Source of the DNA: a virus
Direction: 5' to 3' (one strand)
DNA length: 64,000 bases
Virus record (IMG/VR): IMGVR_UViG_3300046519_000190
Span: 46,852-110,851 of that record
Made by a program: the position numbers and the translations under genes. The notes beneath the pieces are model-generated. The model had not been told where the DNA came from. It saw nothing but the letters and a program-made list of their open reading frames with translations, and did no database searches. This document shows positions 57,226-64,000 of this stretch, piece after piece. Position 1 is the first letter of the stretch, and every line of letters begins with the position of its first letter.

Positions 57226-57483
57226 ATGTTGAACCATTACACCATCTACACCATGCCCAACTGCCCGCACTGCGTTGCAGCCAAAGAACTGTTCAAGCGC
57301 GAGGGTCTGAACTTCACTGAAATCACTCAGTTCACCCCGGAAGAACTGATCGCCGCGGTTGGCCCCGTTCGCACGCTTCCACAGATCATCGTCGAAAACT
57401 CAGAGCGCTTTCACATCGGCGGCTACACCGATCTGCTGAAATACCGCGCCGGCGAGATTCCTGTCCTTCGCAAGCTGGGCTGA
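57226..57483 (+). CDS. Glutaredoxin
   Basis: CPHC, TLPQI, IGGYTDL. Confidence 0.92.
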   Translation: MLNHYTIYTMPNCPHCVAAKELFKREGLNFTEITQFTPEELIAAVGPVRTLPQIIVENSERFHIGGYTDLLKYRAGEIPVLRKLG

Positions 57484-57524
57484 TATCACGTAACATGGAT
57501 GACGCACTCATAGGAGGCGTCATC

Positions 57525-57749
57525 ATGTTCTATCTGGTCACACAATCACAAAATGGCCATCGTCTCGTTGATTTCAGCGACAAGATGGACGAGCTTCTCC
57601 CTCAGATCGACCCTCTTCTAAGCCAAAACGCCGCTGCACTGCCCGTCATCTATGATGAAAAGGCGATGCGAGCGGCGTTTTTGGTTGATGGGTTCGGAAT
57701 CATCGCTCAGGAAGGCGATGGCTACCTGGTATCACTGGACGATCTTTGA
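57525..57749 (+). CDS. Hypothetical protein
   Basis: RBS AGGAGG before MFYLVT. Confidence 0.55.
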   Translation: MFYLVTQSQNGHRLVDFSDKMDELLPQIDPLLSQNAAALPVIYDEKAMRAAFLVDGFGIIAQEGDGYLVSLDDL

Positions 57750-58334
57750 GTCACTCTGGGTGCCGGCGATGTCTGCACCCATTTTCACGAAGTCTTCCCA
57801 AGACTTGCTGGTCATGATCCGGGTCACATCACGATCCAACTTGATCAGAATCGCAGCCGGCACTGTCACCAGGCCATTCTCTTCAAGCCATTCCCGTTGC
57901 AGCGCTCGGATCAGCTTCTTCTTCAAGTCAGGGGCTTTGTCCGCGAGCAGCTTGTTGTGGCTGACCAGATAGATGGTCGTCGCACGCTTGCGCACCGGGC
58001 TGTAGACCAAAGCGTTCATGCTCAGCACGTTTACTCCGCTGAAAGCCCACAGCAGCGTCACCCTGTTGCTGACCTTGAGCGTGCGCGAGGGCTGAACATC
58101 GCCCGAAGCTACAACCTGATCGATCGCAGCCTTCAAAGCGCCCTCTGGGCCAGCGTAGAGGCTGTCAGCGTAGTTCCCGGACAGAACCAGCTCGCCGTTA
58201 CGCTTGATTTTCGTCTGCCAAGACTTGTTCCGATGGTTTCGAGCGATGCCTCTGGGTACGAGGTACGTCTGGTCATCGACGACTACCTCACGGCAGGGCA
58301 GACTCGTTTCGCCGAATTGCAGGTTATGTTTCAT
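57732..58334 (-). CDS. Hypothetical protein with AP2-like DNA-binding N-domain
   Basis: PRGIAR.....SWQTKI........YAD..Y.G..GALKAAI. Confidence 0.55.
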   Translation of the reverse strand: MKHNLQFGETSLPCREVVVDDQTYLVPRGIARNHRNKSWQTKIKRNGELVLSGNYADSLYAGPEGALKAAIDQVVASGDVQPSRTLKVSNRVTLLWAFSGVNVLSMNALVYSPVRKRATTIYLVSHNKLLADKAPDLKKKLIRALQREWLEENGLVTVPAAILIKLDRDVTRIMTSKSWEDFVKMGADIAGTQSDSKIVQ

Positions 58335-58451
58335 ATCGAAAAATCTCTTTGTGTATAGTGCTATTTTGCAAGCGTTTACAAGATAAGTCAACTTAGGACA
58401 AAGAAAACCCGCGATCCCAGTCCATGCGGTCGCGGGTTATTCTCAAGTAGG

Positions 58452-58769
58452 TCAAGAGAAGTGACCAGAACCCTCCGGCCATTGAGGTTCGTTATCAGGT
58501 TCGTCTTCCTCATCGTCTTCCTCTTCATCGGGAGGCTCAAGACTGAACGGAAGCGCCCCCAGGATCAGCTTGGCGACGTGCAACCCGGCCCGGAAGCCTG
58601 CGAGCTTTTCGCCCTCAATGAGAATGTCGCTGTCGTCTTCCTCATTGCGGAGTTTCAGCCCCTTGTCGCCCGGCGTATTGAGGATTTCGTCGATCTGACT
58701 CAGCCTGGACTCATGCCACTTGACTACCATGTCAGCCAGATACTGAATGCCATCTTCTTGGTCAGCCAT
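58452..58769 (-). CDS. Phage hypothetical protein with acidic tail
   Basis: WHE.RL...GFRAGL..A...LG.LPF. Confidence 0.65.
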   Translation of the reverse strand: MADQEDGIQYLADMVVKWHESRLSQIDEILNTPGDKGLKLRNEEDDSDILIEGEKLAGFRAGLHVAKLILGALPFSLEPPDEEEDDEEDEPDNEPQWPEGSGHFS

Positions 58770-59238
58770 CGATCACTCTCCCGATCATGTTGTTCACGTC
58801 ACTGAGCTTCGCCCAGAAGCGGATGGTTTTCAACTTGCGCGAGGCAGTGAACAGCGGATCACCGATCGCACTGACCCATTGCTTACTCCGGAAGGTCACG
58901 CTGTCGAAGTCTTGCCCGCCCTGGCGAATATAGATGCGGTCCATCTTGAGCTCCGTACCTTCGCGAAAGGTGAACAAGTGATTCCACTCGCCGCTCCAGT
59001 AGTCGTAGTTACCACCGCGATGCCCGGGATAGGGCGTGTACACCCAGTCGGTCTTGTCGATTTCTGCGGCACGCTGACCCAGAGTCAGACGACCCCAGTC
59101 ATCGTGCGCTCGATATGGAGGTGTGATCCCGGCCTGGTCGATCAACTTCTGGTTCCGGGACTCTTCGTACAGGTTGAACGTCCAGTCTTTTTCGAGCTGG
59201 ATGACAGTGCCCAGAGGCGGTATGAAAATCTGTGGCAT
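58762..59238 (-). CDS. Hypothetical protein
   Basis: IPPLGT..QL..DW.F.L..E.RN; DRIYIRQG..DFDSVTF; RFWAKL.D.N. Confidence 0.7.
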   Translation of the reverse strand: MPQIFIPPLGTVIQLEKDWTFNLYEESRNQKLIDQAGITPPYRAHDDWGRLTLGQRAAEIDKTDWVYTPYPGHRGGNYDYWSGEWNHLFTFREGTELKMDRIYIRQGGQDFDSVTFRSKQWVSAIGDPLFTASRKLKTIRFWAKLSDVNNMIGRVIDG

Positions 59239-59501
59239 TACTGCAATACCTCGCCGTCGTCGCTAAGCACAAACAGAGTGCGGTTTTCAGGGGTCATCAC
59301 CACATCATGGTGCGATAGCAGATCATACGCCTGACACTCCAGATTACTGGCGCTGTCGATCGCCGCGTACTCGACCGGGATCAGCAAATGCCGGCCGCTG
59401 GCTTGTTCAAGAGTGAAGATCGCAACCTGCGGGTCTTCACGAAACTTGGCCGCTCGAACGCTTGCGTCGTCGACCAGTTTCTTCAGTTCACTCAGCCTCA
59501 T
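59238..59501 (-). CDS. Hypothetical protein
   Basis: Coupled ORF. Confidence 0.6.
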   Translation of the reverse strand: MRLSELKKLVDDASVRAAKFREDPQVAIFTLEQASGRHLLIPVEYAAIDSASNLECQAYDLLSHHDVVMTPENRTLFVLSDDGEVLQ

Positions 59502-59716
59502 AGCTCAACGTCTCCGCGCGCCGCTGCGTGGTCTACGACACCCTGGCCATGTCCCGACAGCCACAGGCTGTACAGGTCTTCGGTTTCAAGGCTGTTGTAT
59601 GTACCGTCTTCGTGCTTCGAGAAGTCCAGCTTCCCGGCCCGCAAGACGATGTTCCTCATGGTGTGCAGTGCGCAGTGTTCAAACAACGCCTGCAATCGTT
59701 TGGCATTTGAAGTCAT
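59498..59716 (-). CDS. Hypothetical protein
   Basis: RBS AAGGAG before MTSNAK. Confidence 0.6.
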   Translation of the reverse strand: MTSNAKRLQALFEHCALHTMRNIVLRAGKLDFSKHEDGTYNSLETEDLYSLWLSGHGQGVVDHAAARGDVEL

Positions 59717-59960
59717 TGTCGCTCTCCTTAAAACTGTGAAGCTGGTCACGCACGTATTGTCCGCCCGCAACCCAAAGTTGGAATAACTGTCTGGTGCTGC
59801 TCTGAATCCACTGACTTTCGTCTTCTGGATCGCGGTAGCAGTCACGGGGCTTGAGAACCCGGGTCTTTACTGCTGCCACTTCGAACTCAGCCATCTGGGC
59901 AAGTCGTTCTTGGTACAGAAGCGTCTCGGCAATCGAAACGCCAATGTGTTGGTTTGTCAT
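59679..59960 (-). CDS. Hypothetical protein
   Basis: ATGA-coupled ORF. Confidence 0.55.
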   Translation of the reverse strand: MTNQHIGVSIAETLLYQERLAQMAEFEVAAVKTRVLKPRDCYRDPEDESQWIQSSTRQLFQLWVAGGQYVRDQLHSFKESDNDFKCQTIAGVV

Positions 59961-60433
59961 CGGTCAAGCACCTTGAAAGTCTTCGCCACCACCTGGGTGT
60001 AATCGATGCCCCAGGCGTCGAAATCGTCATCCAGCAGACTCTGCAAGTGCGGAAGATCGATTTTTAGCCAGTTTATGACCATGTTGTTGGTGTAGCCTGC
60101 AACGCCCGTGTTTTTCTGCGCCCAACTGCGTATCAGCCAGAACACAGTAAGAGCCTCAACGCGCTCCGCCAGATAGAACGCTCGCGTGTGCGGGATGTAC
60201 CCGGTGACCAGATTCGCAAAGTTGGTGTACTCCGCGACATCCATCTCACCATCTGGGTTGAGCATGTCCAGCTTGGTGGCAATCTCAAAGCGCGTCAGAG
60301 CCTCTTCATCCTTCTGCATGATCATGTAGTCACGCACAACCCGGACGTTCATTGCGTGGTCTTCTATGAAGCCAAGACCGCTCTTGCTCTTCTCGGGCTT
60401 GTCGCTCGCACCCCAAATCTCACTGAGCCTCAT
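59957..60433 (-). CDS. Hypothetical protein with N-terminal EIWGA motif
   Basis: Coupled ORF starting MRLSEIWGASD. Confidence 0.65.
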   Translation of the reverse strand: MRLSEIWGASDKPEKSKSGLGFIEDHAMNVRVVRDYMIMQKDEEALTRFEIATKLDMLNPDGEMDVAEYTNFANLVTGYIPHTRAFYLAERVEALTVFWLIRSWAQKNTGVAGYTNNMVINWLKIDLPHLQSLLDDDFDAWGIDYTQVVAKTFKVLDR

Positions 60434-60819
60434 GAGACGTGGGTGAAAACGATGTAGGTCAATCGACGCTCAAGCTCTTCCTCGCTCAAGCCCGCAAAAC
60501 GCAGCGTGTCGATGGTTTCTTGCTTCTGCGCTGCGGTAATAGGCTCTTCGGGGCTGAACATGGTAAAGCCCAGCGTTTCACCCTCGTAGCTGTCCGCGTA
60601 GTCAACCACACGCCCGGCGATCATGTACTCGCAGCTCATGCAGTCGTCCACGACAACCACCGGCTGGTCACGAACGTCTTTCTGTATACGGTACGGCAGA
60701 CCCATGAAGCGGTCGCTTCTGTAGTCACCATTTTCATGGTCTTCGAAGAACATCCTTTCTCCCTCTTCGAAGCTCAGCTTCACGCCGAACATCACCAACT
60801 GCCGTTCACGGGTGCTCAT
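60430..60819 (-). CDS. Hypothetical protein
   Basis: Coupled ORF; DCMSCEY.IAG. Confidence 0.65.
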   Translation of the reverse strand: MSTRERQLVMFGVKLSFEEGERMFFEDHENGDYRSDRFMGLPYRIQKDVRDQPVVVVDDCMSCEYMIAGRVVDYADSYEGETLGFTMFSPEEPITAAQKQETIDTLRFAGLSEEELERRLTYIVFTHVS

Positions 60820-61154
60820 AGTGTCATTCCCATTAATCTGACGTTGTTCGCCAGGCTTTCGTAAATTTGAGGCAGACGATCGAGGTCAAACTTCTCCACA
60901 TCGTCTGTGCAAAGCCAGTCCATCTCTTGGTTCGTGCAACCAAGCATGCGGGTGATTTTGTCCGCGTTCATCCTCGCGTTCTCTGGACGCAGGAAAAACT
61001 CGTCGATCTTTCTCACGATGGCCAGCTTGCCCGCTTTCACACCGGCTTCGAAAGCCTCTTTGGGTGTCATTCCGGTGGTGTCCACGTTGTCCATTTCTGG
61101 CAGAGGCGCAGAGTTCTCTGTCGCACCCCAAATATCACTGGTTTTAAGCGTCAT
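60816..61154 (-). CDS. Hypothetical protein with N-terminal DIWGA motif and possible C-terminal HTH
   Basis: MTLKTSDIWGATE; MNADKITRMLGCTNQEMDWL....EKFDLDRL. Confidence 0.65.
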   Translation of the reverse strand: MTLKTSDIWGATENSAPLPEMDNVDTTGMTPKEAFEAGVKAGKLAIVRKIDEFFLRPENARMNADKITRMLGCTNQEMDWLCTDDVEKFDLDRLPQIYESLANNVRLMGMTL

Positions 61155-61518
61155 CGTTTATTATCTCTGTTGGGAAAAATTCAACACCTTTGCCGACAAG
61201 TTCTACCACGTCTTCGGTGGTCAGTCCCACAAGAATAGCTGCCACGTTCTGCATCCGCGACGCTTGAAGCGGGAAGCTCTCGAAGTATTCAGGCTCCAAG
61301 CTGATCACCGCTCCAAACGCTCTTGGACTCATGCAGAAGCTCTTTCTAAGGGTCTGCATGTCTTCCGCATTACAGAACTCGCCTTTGTCTTGCAGGTCGA
61401 CGATCTTGTGGTGGATAAAATCCAGCGAGTCCCTCACAGACATCAGAAACCGATCCTCTTGCTTGCTTTCCTGGGGCTTGTCTGCGTCTGTAGCGCCCCA
61501 AATCTCTCCCATCTTCAT
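61144..61518 (-). CDS. Hypothetical protein with N-terminal EIWGA motif and possible HTH
   Basis: MKMGEIWGATD; LRKSFCMSPRAFGAVISL. Confidence 0.65.
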   Translation of the reverse strand: MKMGEIWGATDADKPQESKQEDRFLMSVRDSLDFIHHKIVDLQDKGEFCNAEDMQTLRKSFCMSPRAFGAVISLEPEYFESFPLQASRMQNVAAILVGLTTEDVVELVGKGVEFFPTEIINDDA

Positions 61519-61665
61519 AGGTACTCTCGTTCTGTCTGTGCTTCTTTGTGTACAGCTTGTCTGTTTTCAGCGTTTATAAGTGTAAACGCTTGCACAAGGT
61601 CTATGTTGGCTCCCAACAAAAAGCCCAGAACGAAGTCCGGGCTTGACGTTCATGAGGTAACAGCG

Positions 61666-62085
61666 TCAGCGCACGCTTTTGAGAAGCGGGATCGTCTTCT
61701 GTGTGGTCAAGTCATAGATGGCAGTGGCTTTCTCAATGGCCTTTTGGACATCGGTAGGCATGTGTGTCTGGAGCTTGTTCATGGACTGTGTTTCGAGCAC
61801 CAGGATGTCACGCGCCAATCGTTTGATTTCCTGACTCCGGGTTTTGGCTTGCTCGATAGCCTTGTGACGGTGAATCTGGATCTGCATGTAGTCGTCTTCG
61901 TCGTGGGGGTCGAGTCCGCCATTCTCAGCAAGCCGGCGAAGCCGGGCTTCGTGTAACTGGGCGTCCCCGTATTGGTTCAGGGCTTTACGCTGGTGGGGCG
62001 TGTGGAACCCGAGTTTATTCCACAGGCGTTCAAGTCCGTTACGGGGTTTGGGCATTTCGAAGTGGTCGTGTAAGGGCTTAGGCAT
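61666..62085 (-). CDS. Hypothetical protein
   Basis: 139-aa ORF with AAGAGAGA before the ATG. Confidence 0.55.
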   Translation of the reverse strand: MPKPLHDHFEMPKPRNGLERLWNKLGFHTPHQRKALNQYGDAQLHEARLRRLAENGGLDPHDEDDYMQIQIHRHKAIEQAKTRSQEIKRLARDILVLETQSMNKLQTHMPTDVQKAIEKATAIYDLTTQKTIPLLKSVR

Positions 62086-62206
62086 GTTGGTCTCTCTTGT
62101 GTAAGGGGTTACGTGGTTAAGTGTTATGTGGCTACGTGGTTAAGTGTTTACGATCCGGCTGTGTAAGGGGCTATGTGGTTAATTCCTACTCCTGGTTGTG
62201 TAAGGG
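62068..62206 (+). repeat. Interspersed direct repeats GTGTAAGGG (x4) and A(C/T)GTGGTTAA (x3)
   Basis: GTGTAAGGG at 62068, 62099, 62161, 62198; ACGTGGTTAAGTGTT at 62111 and 62134; ATGTGGTTAA at 62173. Confidence 0.75.
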
Positions 62207-62319
62207 CTGTTCCTGGGAGTCCGGGACAATGGCGCCAATAGGGCCACACTTTCAAACTACCATCTAAGACTTTGACAACTTACTCCAACTAGTAAGTTGT
62301 CTTATATATTAACTAACAA

Positions 62320-62646
62320 CTAGTGTGCAAACTTAGCGCACAACTTAGCGCGTACAATAGCGCGTATATCAGAGCGCATTGTATATACACTAGTGCGAGT
62401 GCAACTAACATCTAGTGCGATGCGTACAACATGACGCTTGATAGCGTCATATACAGCGCTTGCACTAGCAGCGTCTAACATCACACTAACGTTATCAGAG
62501 CGATGCAGATAGTAACGCTTATGAGCGCGCACATAGCGCAATTGAAAAAGCGCGTTACTTGCGCACGTCACATAGTAGCGACGATCTGTTACGAGCGCGC
62601 TAGCGTGCGCTGTGAGACGTTTTGCGTGTGTCATGCTCATACTCAC
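62320..62646 (-). CDS. Possible basic protein with no Gly, Pro or Trp
   Basis: 108-codon ORF, but downstream of a terminator and with no clear RBS. Confidence 0.35.
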   Translation of the reverse strand: MSMSMTHAKRLTAHASALVTDRRYYVTCASNALFQLRYVRAHKRYYLHRSDNVSVMLDAASASAVYDAIKRHVVRIALDVSCTRTSVYTMRSDIRAIVRAKLCAKFAH

Positions 62647-62659
62647 TGCTTGAATCAGA

Positions 62660-62692
62660 GAAAAGCGCTCTCAGACGATCTGAGAGCGCTTG
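62660..62692 (-). terminator. Intrinsic terminator built without GG/CC
   Basis: AAGCGCTCTCAGA-tcg-TCTGAGAGCGCTT-TTCTCT. Confidence 0.75.
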
Positions 62693-62705
62693 TGTGTGCG
62701 CTTGA

Positions 62706-63260
62706 TTAAGCGCTGTAAATCGCAATCAACTCTTTGAGTACAACTGCATCTTTGTTCAAGTTGATAGTCTTTTCAGACTTCGAGTAAGTTGCGAAGTTGA
62801 AGAAGATCGCGCACGTTTTGAAATACTGCGCTTGCGTAGTAGTTTCGTGTTGCATTTGTGCGCGCACTTGTTCAAGCGTCATGCTCACTGCATCTTTTGC
62901 GACGATGAATTGCAGCACAGCGTCAAGCGCACGATCGTTAACTTTTTGTTTGTTTGCGATTGCTTCGAGAATCGCAATCGAACGCTTTTTCAGTTCACGC
63001 GATTGCTCAGAAAGTTGCGCAGCGTCAACTTTGTACTTGCTCAGACTTGCGAGCGCTTTTTCGCTCATGTTCGACAGCGCTTCTGTGTAGCGCTCGTGAG
63101 TCGACGCAGTTTTAGCAGTAGCGTTGAAGCTAACGCGCTCTTCATCAGACTGCGCTTGCTCAGCTTGCTGCAAAGCTTGCGTTTTAGTGTTGCTGTAGTT
63201 CACAGCAGCGTTAGCGAAAACTTCTTTAAAAGATGCAGCTTTAGCATTGATAGTAGTCAT
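62706..63260 (-). CDS. 184-aa helical protein with no Gly, Pro or Trp (possible C-terminal winged helix)
   Basis: Has its own promoter, a GAGAGAG RBS-like element, ATG at 63260 and a terminator right after the stop. Confidence 0.75.
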   Translation of the reverse strand: MTTINAKAASFKEVFANAAVNYSNTKTQALQQAEQAQSDEERVSFNATAKTASTHERYTEALSNMSEKALASLSKYKVDAAQLSEQSRELKKRSIAILEAIANKQKVNDRALDAVLQFIVAKDAVSMTLEQVRAQMQHETTTQAQYFKTCAIFFNFATYSKSEKTINLNKDAVVLKELIAIYSA

Positions 63261-63337
63261 GATAATACTCTCTCGTTGTGAGCTTCGCGATATTGCGAAG
63301 TCTCTGCAAGTCGCGTTGTGCGTCTTGCTTGAAATGA

Positions 63338-63377
63338 ATATTAGCAGACTCAAAGTCCTGTGCAAGCGATTTTTCGA
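63338..63377 (-). promoter_or_regulatory. Sigma70-like promoter for the Gly/Pro/Trp-free gene
   Basis: TCGAAAAATCGC-TTGCAC-N16-TAATAT with extended -10 TGn. Confidence 0.6.
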
Positions 63378-63577
63378 TTATTTCTCAGATCGGAAAAGCA
63401 TAAGCTTAGATCGAAAAAATGCTTGCTCTGCAAGCGTTCACTGTGATAGTCGCGCAGCGCGCACATAGATAAACGACGTTCCGGCTCAGAACTGGCTTTT
63501 CGGCATTTTGTGGCTAAAGCCCGGTTTCGGGCCACATTCCGAGGCAAGCCGCGGCTTGGGTTCCCGTGGAAAATAAA

Positions 63578-63617
63578 TCGAAAAAACGCTTGCAACCGTC
63601 CCGTGGCGTCCTAGAAT
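63578..63617 (+). promoter_or_regulatory. Sigma70-like promoter
   Basis: TCGAAAAAACGC-TTGCAA-N16-TAGAAT. Confidence 0.6.
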
Positions 63618-63643
63618 GAACACATACCAAAGGAGATACCGCA

Positions 63644-63859
63644 ATGAACTCAATCACCTCGCTCTTCCTGTCCATGATGATCGTCTGCCTCGCCATCCCA
63701 GCCGCCCTCGCCGTGACCGGCGCAACCGCCCAAGGCGCCCGGGAGCGCGCCGCGGAAATCCGCTACCAGGAAAAATCCGGGACTGCCAAGCTAAACGGGG
63801 CCATTTTCCGGGCCAACCTCAAAGCCGCGGCCAAAGCCTGCCCCAACTGCCAAATGTGA
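63644..63859 (+). CDS. Small secreted or membrane-anchored protein ending in CPNC
   Basis: RBS AAGGAG, hydrophobic N-terminus, upstream promoter. Confidence 0.6.
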   Translation: MNSITSLFLSMMIVCLAIPAALAVTGATAQGARERAAEIRYQEKSGTAKLNGAIFRANLKAAAKACPNCQM

Positions 63860-64000
63860 CCCAAACCCGCCCAAGGGCCACCAAAAGGCTGGCCCGCCCT
63901 GAATCCCTCCCAATGTGACTCCCAAGCTCCCACGGGCCATCCCACGGCCCAAGGCACCCGGCGACCCCGCAGGCAACCATAGGCGGCTCCATAGAGCCGT

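Larger units (their letters stand above)
62287..63356. other. CC/GG-dinucleotide-free tract
   Basis: Line-by-line reading finds no CC or GG between the CC at 62285-62286 and the CC at 63357-63358. Confidence 0.92.

Noticed and set aside
62068-62206. Possible CRISPR mini-array
   Set aside because: Repeats are only 9-15 bp with irregular spacing, and there are no cas genes
62706-63260. Gly/Pro/Trp absence as protein-level or tRNA-level selection
   Set aside because: GCC/ACC/TCC/CGG codons, codon junctions and non-coding DNA also lack CC/GG, so the constraint is on nucleotides

Overview
About 64 kb of a temperate, lambda-tailed siphovirus. Gene content and order resemble SSU5/pHCM2-type phage-plasmids, and a Pseudomonas-like host is inferred; no integrase or plasmid Rep lies inside the window. 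Most genes are on the minus strand. Replication module (0.8-17.3 kb): DnaE fused to a UDG-family-4-like domain, a CobS/CobT-like MoxR-VWA pair, ATP-dependent ligase, primase, DnaB helicase and a phage Hfq-like protein. Then PhoH, a lysis cassette, tail fibre and lambda-like tail (J, I, K, L, M, tape measure, G/GT with a -1 slippery site), head genes, portal and terminase. Next to the terminase is a ParB-ParB-ABC ATPase-GNAT cassette, probably for DNA modification. The right end holds an SF2 helicase, three tRNAs (one an unusual 8/4 tRNA-Tyr), a SLOG/TerB cluster, a ~700-bp array of structured ncRNAs, an Ntn-hydrolase, a glutaredoxin and small accessory ORFs, three of which share an N-terminal (E/D)IWGA tag. 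The most striking signal is 62287-63356: ~1.07 kb with no CC or GG dinucleotide at all, encoding protein(s) with no Gly, Pro or Trp, flanked by GG/CC-rich DNA. All calls come from reading motifs by eye; no database searches were run.
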